Below, in pieces: positions 12,601 through 24,900 of a DNA stretch of 64,000 nt. Within the stretch, counting starts at the first letter, position 1, and each line of letters begins with the position of its first letter. Source of the stretch: Enoplolaimus lenunculus (lineage: Eukaryota); assembly GCA_030248215.1 (NCBI GenBank), contig JASANG010001414.1:682001-746000 (forward strand), in the 5' to 3' direction. The position numbers and the translations under genes were made by a program. The notes beneath the pieces were generated by a model. The model was not told the origin of the DNA and ran no database searches. It saw nothing but the letters and a program-made list of their open reading frames with translations.

Positions 12601-15600
12601 TACAAATCCGATGTCGAAAACGTTGAAATTTGCACAAAATTTGGCTTTGATGGCTCCTGTAAACGGAAATTGACATTTTTAGCTGTCGTAGTTCGCTAAA
12701 TGTCCTATCGTAGCGTCCTTAAACGGACGAACATCTATGGGCCTGACAAATCCGATGTCGAAAACGTTGAAATTTGCGCAAAATTTGACTTTGATCGCTC
12801 CTGTAAACGGAGATTGACATTTTTAGCTGTCGTAGTTCGCTAAATGTCGTAGCGTCCTTAAATGGGCCGCCCTCTAAGGGCCTAACAAAACCGACCCACC
12901 CAGCAATTCTCTTCATCGCGATGCAGGTTGGGCACTGCATTACTCACGCTGTTTTGGCTACGCGTTCGCTTCGCTCGCGGTTCTGCGCCGTTGTATAATT
13001 CGCCCCCGCATATGTGCCAATATTTTGGGCATAAACCGCTGCGCGTATGGTTAATACTTTTGACAAGGTTTGCGACATCTCGCACCCGGAAGCGCCTTGA
13101 GTACCTTCGCCGCGGGCACGTAGTGGATGGTAGTTTACAAAACTTTTCCAAAATGGAAAGATTCGTTACTGTAACGCAACCATCTTATAGTAAAGATGAT
13201 TGCTGTCGAAGAATGATGCTGTCGAGTTTGTTGATGCCAAATATTGTAAACCACCAAATTTGAAATTATTTTGCGTTTTCTTATTGAATAAAACCGCTTT
13301 TGCGAGACATCTAACGTACCGTTATTTAACGTTTGACGTGAATTTTAGCAGAAAAGCTAGTTACTTTTCCAGAGCACGAATATCAATAAGGTTTGATGCT
13401 GATGAAGCTAGCACTGTTTCAAGGATTAAAATGGAATTGTTGCGTAAGCCCTCCCTGGGTCGAGGTATATTTATCCACCCCATCGGCAAGCTGTCCTGCA
13501 TGGGATAAAAAATAAAAACAATCCATCGGTGAATCAAAGTGGCAATGATTTTCTATAGCTTTTAATATCTTTAACTCAAAAACATGCTGGTAATTTTTAT
13601 TCGGCAAACTGAACTTTAGAAGTTTTTCGTTGAATTTTCAATTCGACACCACTTTTGAAAAACGGTTTATAAGTTGGATATGTTCTCGTTTCAGTTGAAA
13701 CAACATGCCACTACAGTGGAGCGCGGATTACGGTAAAATTTGACGATGCGAAAACTGGTGCTGTCTATACACGAAATCATTTTGACGGATGTCGCGAAGA
13801 CTTTCAAAACGCTCTGGTCGCTACTTTAGAAGTCCCATTTCCAACGAATGATAATCGGCAAAACGAACGATGTGGAGGTGTTCGAAGAGTACGTGCTTAT
13901 TTTTTGTTGAATGTCATCACTGGCTGATCCTCCTGTAATAGTGAAGGGCGAGCACTCTTGTAAGATTTGATGCTGAGGATTGTATCAGTTGAAAGCATTT
14001 TATTACAGGAGGAACAGACGGAGTGCTTTGTTTTGGAGGATTTTTGCAATGATCTTATACCACGAAATGTCGCAAAAGGTTAATTGTAGTAGTATGCAAG
14101 GTGCCAAATGAAAAACTACTTTATATCCTTGAATTCGCACGATACTCGGAAACATTCTTGAACCTGCAGAAATTAATATCTCCATTGGGCAACAACGATC
14201 ATTTAAGGGATACCTGAAAATTATCAAAGATGCAAAAATCAAGTATTTTAGAGCTACGCATTGACCTTGACGTTTCCTAATCAAACGCTATTCACCATAG
14301 GTTAACATACAATAGCTGGGTTGCTGAAACCTTACTTAAGTACGACTTGATAATTAAGTATATATTTATTTAGCAGTTACTTACTTAACCATTTTGCTGA
14401 TTTTAAAAGCGTACGTAAGTTAAGTAAATACTTAAGTCACTGAATAAATATATTGCTAATTGCAGAGGAACATTTCAGGCACAACAGCCTTGGCCTAATT
14501 AAAATTGTAGACTTATGATGTCTGTTTAATATAAAGCAGAACTATGGCTTTCTTGATATGATAGCTTCTCACAGTCGTTTATTTGTTATAAGTTAAGAAC
14601 GTAAATAAGTGGGTGACTTAAGTAATTGCTTAAGTATAACTTAAGTAAATACTGAAATAAAATTTCAGAAACTCAGCCAATGTCTTGTAAACGCTTTTTA
14701 TGCGCTAAATTTGCGACATAATTTTTCAGTCGTCGCGGCATTTCTCATACGTTGTTGTGGTTCAAACAAATTCCGTTGGATTCCCAGGTCTGACAACAGA
14801 TCAAGATCAACTGTTCAATGTGTCTTGTTTTTACGAACAACCAATTCAAAGGTAAGTAGCTCAGAAGCTAAATAATAACCAATCAAAGCTCATCAGATGT
14901 CAAAATACGAAATAATAAAATTACTGATTGGTTAAATGATAATAGGCTATAGTTACAATCTCAATCGGTCCGGATAAGAACCTGCATTGCGAGTTAAAAT
15001 GTGTATTCAGCGTATTTCGAATGAAAATAGACTAAGTCAACATGGATACACCATTTTTCAACCCCAAATGTTGTTTTATATTTAGGTTCGCGTCGAAACT
15101 TAACTCCTCTCGTTTGAAAAAATATAGATATTTAAAATTTCTAATAACAAAATAGACGCAAAAACTAAACACAAATGTCGGCTTATGGAACAATTTGTAT
15201 CGAAAATCTGAACAATTTTCTATATAGAACTTTATAAATACAACCTTACTTATACAATTTATTTGGATCTGTGTGGCGTTCTAGCGTTAATATTATAGGT
15301 ACATAAAGTAATTGTTGCTAGGTGTAGAAATAAACTCGGCATTCAAAGGTTTAATAAATAACACTTCGTTTACATAATTAGCAATTGAAAAATACTTACC
15401 TACGGGATTTTGATTGTTTAGCTTGAATCCAAACGCACCGTTCCAAAGCGGTTCAGATCCTTCGACTGAAAATCGAATATTTGACGAACGAAGCGACCCA
15501 AACAATTTTAGTCCAGTTCGAAATCCATTCAATAGCAATCATCCACCGAGAGTAAGTAGCAGTAATAACGAAAATCGAATATCCACACAATCTCAAAATC

Positions 15601-15671
15601 GCGGCAATGAAGACCATAGTAGAAACATTAACAGCAATCGCCGAAACAATAACAACAATCGTAATAACAGC

Positions 15672-15722
<51 letters not shown>

Positions 15723-15827
15723 CGTAACAACAGCAACAATAACAACAATCGCAACAACAACAACAACAACAACAATCGCAACAACAACAACAACAACAAC
15801 AATCGCAACAACAACAACAGTAATCGC

Positions 15828-15906
<79 letters not shown>

Positions 15907-18900
15907 GGAACAGCAACAACAGTCGTAGCAACAACAATGAAAATAACAGAAATAATCAAGGTAGAGTAAGTCAAAATAGAGCACAAAGTGTGTTAAACAG
16001 TCTAAGTCGGAATAACGGCGCCGCAAGCGTCGCAGTTACATACTCAGACCCTCAAATTCGAACCACCCCTTCACCGACTAGTAGAGACGGAATATCAACA
16101 GAGACTCGAAGCTCGCTACAACGAACACAACCTCAACGCCTTGGAACGCAACTGACTATTGGAAGAACAAACAACCAGAGACCAACGCTGGAACGAGAAC
16201 AACGACGCCAAACTACTCCGGGACAAATTGGGAATCGAAGAGGGAACGGTAGGCAACAAGGCACAAACAACGATAGACGAGCAAACAGTGGACGAGAAAC
16301 AAACAGTGGTAGAGGAGGAAACAATGGACGAGGAACAGGCAGAGATAGACCAGGAAACAATGGACTAGGAACAGGCAGAAATAGACCAGGAACCAATGGA
16401 CGAGGAACAAACAGCCATAGACAAGGAAACAATGAACAGCAACGGACAGACAATGATAGAAGAGTCAACAGTAGACAGCAAGGAACAAACAATGATAGAC
16501 GAGAGAACGGTAGGCAACAAGGAACAGAAATAAGACGAACGACACCGGGACAAAACCGTTCAACTCAACAACGAGGTGCAGGCAGTAGGCACCAAAGCGG
16601 TGGGTCTGCAGACCGTCCAGGGACAGCCAGACGACCTGGAGGACCGTCTAGACAGCTAGGGTCGAGATTTGATGCATCAAGAGAACGAAACGTTGTAGCA
16701 ACAACAGCACGCGGTAGCAACAACGGACGTCGGCAAGGAATAAATAGACAAGAATCAGCAAATAGACCTGGGACACCAAACCGAAACAACAGACCAAATG
16801 CGACAAACAGAAGGGTTCAGACAAGACCACAGACACCAGCGACAAGCCAAAGGCCGAACGCAAATAACAGACGTACAGGAACCGGGTCACTAGAGACGTC
16901 TGACCTGGACCGGTTTAATCGTGGGCCATTCGGGCTCAGAGGCCGCCTAGATCAGTCCCGAAATTTAAGGCCGTTTTTTGGAAATAGTCGAAATCGTTCG
17001 AGTAGCAGTAGCACTGGTAGTAGTAGCTCGAACGCAAGCCAACGCGCTAATCAAGCAGTGGGTAATCGTAATTTTATTCAAATCAATAACGAACGCGATA
17101 GGGGTGACAGTTCATCTCACCCATCATCAAGCAATACAAATTTATTTTCGGGATCACACACAGGCAGACCTTTGGAGCAAAACAATCGTGGAGCTAGTGT
17201 TAATGCGAACCGAGGAGAAACACGCAATCTGACCCCACCAAGAACACGAGGTGACAGCAACGGAGACCGTGGAAATGATCGCAGTCACACACCAGGGCTT
17301 GCATCGAGGCCTGGCGACCATTCTGCAACCGGTGATCGATCGACAGACACTCGCAATCCTTCAGATCTGTCCAGGAGTTCTATAAACTCGCTGGAGCAAA
17401 ATTTAAATTCAATTGAAGATGCTGGTAGCTTTGAGCATGGAGTCAACGAAAATTTTCCGGAAAATTTTATTCGTGCTGACGCGAGTGTTATTTTGGAACT
17501 GTTACGCGATGGGCGCCCAGTCACAGCGGTTTTGTTGGGTGAAAAAATTACGATTCGATGGAAGTTGCGAGAACCGAGTAAGTGTTTTTTTTTCTAAGTT
17601 TGATTTTAGCTGAAATTCTGAATTATAATAATTTTGTTTTAGTTAACCTCATTTTGAAAACGAAATATTTTATCGTCAAAAATTTGACTTCTACGACCAT
17701 TCTGAACTGCAATAATTTCGGTTGAGCTTTAGTCAAGAATCCCATGTAAAGGTCAGAGGCGGAACGTTTTTCAGTGCTACCGCAATAGAGTAAGGTTAAG
17801 CTTTAGACTAATTTGTTGCTTACGATTAGACTTAAGCTAGCGTATAAGCTTATTCTTACGCTTAGGCTTAGGCTTTGAAATATACTCATACTACTGTTAC
17901 AGCCCTGTTCTATACATTGCCTGGTCAAGTTTAAAATAACAACCATGCGATGTAACCACTATGATGCTTTAAATCTGATACGTGATTTAATTTTCAACAA
18001 TTTAGCTAAAAATAACCCAGACAGTTGAATTTAAATTTCAAATTAAATCTCTAAAACATCCGGTATGTGTTTTCTGTCGAGTGAGTAGAAAATGTACTGT
18101 TCAGAATTAAGCAATTTCTATTGTTTGTTGTTGTTGTGTTTACAAATGCTGCGCTTTCAGTTCCAAACATTGGGTTTTTTGTTCGTGAATGTGTCGCCGA
18201 ACGACTTGGCGGATTGCCACCACCTCCGCCGCCTTTGGCTCTAATAGTTGATGGGTATGAATTTTGTTTTCTTTTTGATTTTATTATTTCATAACTTAAA
18301 CTCCAGCGGCGGTTCAAGTATTTTCAAGTTGGCTGTTTACACTTCGACCACGTATAACTTAGGTGTAGATTATAACTTAGGTTTAGACTGCTTTAGGGTT
18401 TTGCTCAGGTATTGGCACCTCTTGTCGTGAGTTTAAGCCAAAGCGTAAATGTGGAGTCAATCTGTGCTTCAATTTTAAAAACCCAAAAACAAAATGAGTT
18501 AAACTTGCGAAACATATAGTTTTGGTCTTATCAACCACGCTTAGGCCTATGTTGTCCAGTTGAATAAGAGTATCTTGCTGTATAATGTCGGCGTAAAATT
18601 GAACCCAAAACCTGTTGTTTTTCTAATTTAAGCTATCAAAGAAAGTATTCAAAGCCTCCAAATATCGAATTTTTCCAAAATTCAAATTTGAAGATGCAAA
18701 AATCAAAAATGATGCAAAACCTAGTGAGCCACGAGAATCTTAACTACAAAAATATATATAAAATATATAAAATTCAACGCCGTTCCAACAACTGGAACTG
18801 ATGGAACCGCGGAAAAAAGCCCGTTTCGTTTACAGTTATGTTTTTTGAAACTTTACAGATGTCCGGAAAGCGGCGGTGACAATGCTATTTTGACTGGCTC

Positions 18901-21900
18901 AATCAGCCGAGAAGGGCAATCGCTACTGGCGCCGTTAACCATATTCCGGTTTGACGGTTCAAAAAGTGTCAAAATTACATGTGAAGTCGATATGTGTCTA
19001 CAAACGTGCAATCCAGTGAGTTCAACTTGTGTTGAAATTTAACTATTCATATTCACTGATTTGTTTTGAAGCTGGCGTCACGAAAAAATGTGCCATTGTT
19101 CCGCCGGAAACAATACGTTACTATTGGAGGCCCACTTTTTTCTAAGAAAAATGTGTCCAGGGTCTAAATTTTGGGGACCATTTTTTTCAGTGGGTGCCAC
19201 CTGTTTCCTAAGATAGAAGTGTCCGGGGTACCACAATTTTCAGGAAAAAAGTGGCCGGAAGCTTTTCTTTTTACCGGGGATAAGTTTTTTTGCGCACCGG
19301 AACAACACACGGAATAACCCTGACAGCAGTATGGACCTGCGATTTGATTGCACGTTAGGGTGGCGGTATATGTCCTATGAGAGGGTCATTGGCGTTTACT
19401 GTTGCGTTGGGTAGGACGATGCCGGACGGCACCGGATAGCAACGTTACATATAAGTTGAGACTTAAGCCAAGGCCTAACCGTAATATTCAGTTAGTCAGA
19501 AAACTACATTTTGACCTTGCGTTAATGCGTCTAGCAACAAAGCACACTGCAAAAAACGGTGAGTGAAATTGACTCTCCGAAATATGCTCTGCGGTACTAC
19601 ACAAACTGAGCCGAATTCGACTCCGTCACAGTCAAACGTGCAACTCAGTGAACCGAATTTGACTAATTTGATTCAGTTTGTGTACTCCCGTAGAGCCTAT
19701 TTCGGAGAGAGTCAATTTGACTCACCATTTCTTGCAGTGTAGTTTTTTGCCGTTCAAGTGAATTTTTCTATTTTTACCTCTGTCACTAACACCAAAAACA
19801 ATACGGCTAGTCCGCTTAATAATATATCACGCAATCGGCTTAAGCGGCGTCCTCTTTTGTAGTGTAATTACCGTAGAATGAGCTTTCAGCTATTCAGCGT
19901 AATTTTTTGCTTAGGCTTAAACTTTTATCTTTGCGTTTAGGCTTTACATTTAACCTCAGAAATCTCTCCAGATTTTGGTTACGACCCTAGAATTAAAATT
20001 GGCCATGTTCGTGCGAATTATTGTTTCTAATTTAGCATTTGTTAAGCTTTTTTTATGTTTTTAGACAAGTTGTCGCATCGACGGTGAACTTCATACATCG
20101 TTCGGCAGAAAACGTCGCCGCAAACGTGAAATAATCGCTGGCAACATTGCTACAAACGCGAGTATTCGATTTCGACCGCATTTCGACGCCATACCAGGAT
20201 CCAAATTGAAGCCAGAATTCAAACTGTCAAAGTTGAACGCGGACGCTCGGGTTGAAGCGGATACAGACGATAGCAATCGAGATCTGCGCGATATTTCGTT
20301 GCCGATGAATTATGTTCCGTTCAATTATTCAGGCTTGCCGCCTGTTAGTTTGGCACGGAAAATGCCGAAAGGTACTGTGGCTGAAAACGCTGGGGGATCC
20401 AAGCGGGCCATCCTGGCTTAGCCATTCCTACAGGAATCAAACCCGCAATTTTGTGTTAATATGACTTATATACTAAGATTGCTTTCGGCTTCCCGTTCAC
20501 TCAAAAAGTTCTGAAATATGTTCACATCTGTTAGTTTGGCGCGGAAAATGCCGAAAGGTACTGTGGCTGAAAACGCTGGAGGATCCAAGCGGTCCATCCT
20601 GGCTTAGCCATTCCTACAGGAATCAAAACCGCAATTTTGTGTTAATATGACTATTTACTAAGTTTGCGTTTGGCATCTCGCTCGCGCACCTCCGTCAAAA
20701 ATTTCTGAAATATATTCGCAAATACCGGAATGTGACGTTGTTGCAATCGACCACATGGTGTAACGGTTGGATGGTCTGAACTCGACCGCAAGATGGCCGA
20801 GGTTTGATTACCCGGCGTGGTCCTTAACTTTGAACAAAACTTCGAACAGGGGTCGTACAGACCGTGTAGTTTCGACACTGGTTAAAAATATTCTAATGAG
20901 GCAATTGATTGTAAATCTTGACTATTTCGCTACGTAAATCAATAGCGTGAACGAAAAAATGGTGCAGTATTTAAGCCTTTTGCTTGCTACAGTTCTGGTA
21001 TTTTGTAAATATATTTTGCAAAGGGATCTTCATCGAGCGGCTGTAAAGCTAAACTTCTTTTACTTAAGCCCCTAAGTATCCCCTTCCAAACTAATTTTAT
21101 CGTTCGCAGTAAATCTTTACTGCTTCAATATTTTTACCGGTGGCGTGACCAAGATTTGATTTCTGGACTGTACATCCTGATGTACAACAGAAATTATCGA
21201 ACAAATTGGATCAATAAAGTGATTCTAAAGCCTGTAAAAATTTGGTTTCCTTGTTTCTCTGAAAATTTCAAGACGGAATATATATCCTGTATTTCTCGTA
21301 CGTTTGAAACTGCAATTTCTGTCTTAAATCGTGATCGTAAATGCAGTGGCCAATGTTACTTAGGAAAGAGTAACATTAGTACTCTTAAGTCGTGGCTAAT
21401 ACACCTGAAATGGGTATATCTCGCCTTTAAGTAGGCAGTATATAATAGCTAAAAGTTAAGTCAGGATAATCTTGAGTATTTATTGAGCGAAGCGAAACTC
21501 CGAGCCAAGCTCGGAGTTTCGCGAAGCGTTTTATGTTTTGTACTTGAGGGTCGAAAGGTGGATGTCCGTCCGTCCTTCTGTCCGTCTGTCCGTCCGAAAA
21601 GAATCTCAAGAACGGCTGAACCGATTTTGATAAACTTTTTTTTGTTTGAAATCCAATTATCCTGGGGTGTTAACCTCGCATTAGGGTTTTAAAATTTTAA
21701 GCCGTTTATTAGCTACAGGCTAATTTGCATAATTAATTAAGCCTAAATTAGGACTTTCCACAATATTTCACTAATTATTACAGTTATAAGCAATCTAATT
21801 TTAGCATTAAAGGGTTTTTGGGTGCGAGAAATCTGCGTAGACTGTTTACAAACCTCCAAAACCGATAATTGAGCAGTTAGCTAATAGATAATTTGCATAT

Positions 21901-24900
21901 TAGCATAGTTTATAAGCCTAAATTAGGACTTTTTACAATATTTCACTAATTATTAATGTTAAAAGCAATATTATTTCAGCACTAAAGGATTTTTGGTGCG
22001 AGGAATTTGAATAAATAGTGTACAAACATCCAAAACCGATAATTGAATAGTTAGCTAATAGCTAATTTGCATATTAGCTTAATTGACAAGACAAAACTAG
22101 GACTTTTTAAATTATTCCAAAAATTATTAGAGTGGCTGAAGGGTTTTTGGATGCGAGGAATTTGAATAAATAGTTTACAAACGTCCAAAACCGATAATTG
22201 AATAGTTAGCTAATAGCTAATTTGCATAGCTTAATTGCTTACGTGCGTTCGAGCTTCGCTCAATAAATGTAGTCCCACTACGACTGGTAATATAATAGCT
22301 AAATGTTAAGTCAGGATAATCTTGAGTATTTATATTATAGAATTCTAAGATTTATAACAGAAAACTTGAGAAAGACTTTACGGTTGCTTTAAGTCAAACA
22401 TAGCTAATAGTTGAGTTGCAGATACATGACTTATATAAGTGGACCTTATACTTAAATCGAATTCAAACTTATTTAGTCTGGCAACGGATTTAAACTTTAA
22501 AAGTCAAACAATTTAACACGAGCACAGGTTTCACTTATATAACTATCACACTGTAAAATAAGCACTAAAGGCTGTCAGCACAGTTTCTGCCGGCATCAAC
22601 TGAACTGGCAAGCAAAATAAACTGGCCCATGTTACTTTTAGAGCCGTCCCGGTTTCTGGCGGGTCTGTAATAGAGTAGGCTTATATTCTAGATTACATTT
22701 TTTGCTTAGGCTTAAGCTTAGGCTTAGGAATACGCTTTTGCAACGCTTAGGCTAATAGGCTTAGCCTTAGGAATACGCTTAATCTACTGTTACGGCCCTA
22801 AAAGTAACATTGGCCAATAAACTTATTGAGAACCTTTGATGTAAAGACAAATATGTGCTTTAGAGTCAAAACGCCACTTAAGACATGTTTCTGCAACCCA
22901 GCCACGGACTGTTTCAGGTACAATAATGCATCGTGGAATGGCATCTGGAGTGTTTGTAATTGTTGACCGACTGCCTCAACAACAATATCAAGAAGGCGAC
23001 TATCGCCGGCGTCCGTTCCTTCAAAACGATTATGATGTTGCGCACGTCGACGCAAATAATGCAAAGCCACGTACGCTTAAGCGATTATTCGGTGTAATAA
23101 AGGGGAAAACTTTAATGCATGAAACGTACCTTAGTTTGGTGCTGTAAATATTAACCCTTTCTCACATAAATATTTTGTATTTCCCTTGACACCTACTTTT
23201 ATGTTAGGATTCGAACTCCAATGACTGGATTGGGAGGCGTATACCATCACCACTCAGCTATAGGAGCTTGACGCTCGAGCCCGAGGGGGTTCTCAAGTCT
23301 TGTGGTGATTTAGTACTATGTATACGTGTTGCAATTGTTAAACACGGTGCGATATGTATTATTTAACGTATATTCACTGCGCTGAGTTGCCTATAGGCAA
23401 CTCAATGTGAGAAGGAGTTAATATTTGCAGTCAATGTTCTGTTTACAGTAGTTTTACGTCAAGAAACAAAGCCCTTATGTCTTACTGTAGACCGTAATTT
23501 AATTTCAGGCGGACAGCATACAGTGATTGTTGACAAAGGTAAAGTTTGCATCGCTCATCCGTTATTCGTTGGTGTGTTCACGTTTCTGGCGTTGTTATGT
23601 CTCGCTGAAGCCGGCGTTGTTGTAGCGTATTTTTGGAACAAATTTGGCCCACACGTCCGTAAGCGAAATCGTCGTTTACTTGAGCCGACAGGAACGATAC
23701 GAACCGACGCTAGTTTGCTGACTTGCTCTCGAGGTAAGCAATGCTAGGTGTGACAAATTTTATCCGACGATGTTCTACAAGACGTGATAGCCGCCTAGCG
23801 GTCGTGCATAAAGGTCAGTTGAACGGTGACGGTAAAATACCTCTCATTCGCGAGCCTTGAGGTTCGAATCCTGTATAAAATTAGATCTCAGATAAAATAG
23901 AAAATATTCCCGCGATAACCGTTTAAACTACTAAACTTTTTCCAAATTTCCAGAAACCATGGGTCAACAACGACGTCCAAAAACACCGATGAACAATTCA
24001 ATATATCCGGCGACAACGCTGAATTCGGATCCGCTCGATATGATTGCGAACACGTCGCAGACAAGAGGCGGCCCTGATGACAGGACTAGCACCAGGCTAA
24101 ATTTCCGCCGTAAAGGAGGTCCAGGGTCGGACACTGATAGCGCTGGCAACCACTATCACGATATTAACCGATCGACGCTAAATCCTGGAGGAACAATGGT
24201 GTCTCAGACAAGCTCGCGTCACAGTCGCCAAGCTGCTAAGGGGCCAAGTTCTAGAGGAGATCTAAATTCGTTGCGCTCTACAGTCACTCGAGAGAGTCAT
24301 TACAGAACTGGTACGATGTTGAGTGGCGCAACAGGTAGCGATCGTGGGGTGCCGGCGAAACGAACTTCCACTCGGCCTAGCAACCTTCAGGGTGGGATAT
24401 GTGGGATGGAACCAGGGTTGTCGTCTCAGGAAGGCGATACCCGGCGACAAAGTAGCCATTCGTCAATTTATGGGGTAAGAGATAATAGGCCTGGGTCAGT
24501 ACTTGGCCGAACGCGTGGGCCTAAGCTACCAGCAGACCAATCAACGGAACCAGAGTATGGCAGAAGACCTCCAGCAAACAACGAACGTAATGCGACGTCG
24601 TCCAAATATCATTCAGGTCGGGTGCACAAGGTAACTGCTGAAATTTCCACCCCAAAGAATGATAATTTCGCGTCAAATATACCGGTAAAAGGAGCAACCA
24701 CAAACGGACCTTCTCTTGTTTCGCTTAGAGGTATGACTTTACCTGCGAAATCGTCAGTTGACTCGCAACACAGCCCTCAAGATATATCGAGCTGTAGCAG
24801 TAGTATTAATTCGCTTGGAAGTCGAAAATCAAACAGTTCATCGTCGCAACTGATACCTGACGCTGAGAATGGTAACAAACATGGAAAACAAATTGGCAAT

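Noticed and set aside
10645..12860. Regular repeat array as a CRISPR locus
   Set aside because: Units are contiguous and identical with no unique spacers; the context is a eukaryotic intron with no cas genes
15453..16026. Poly-Val, poly-Leu, poly-Cys and poly-Thr ORFs
   Set aside because: Alternative frames and strands of the (AAC)n tract; only the Asn frame is joined by splice sites to ZP-N and ZP-C
24253..24261. RGD in the terminal exon
   Set aside because: Predicted cytoplasmic, so it cannot act as an integrin ligand
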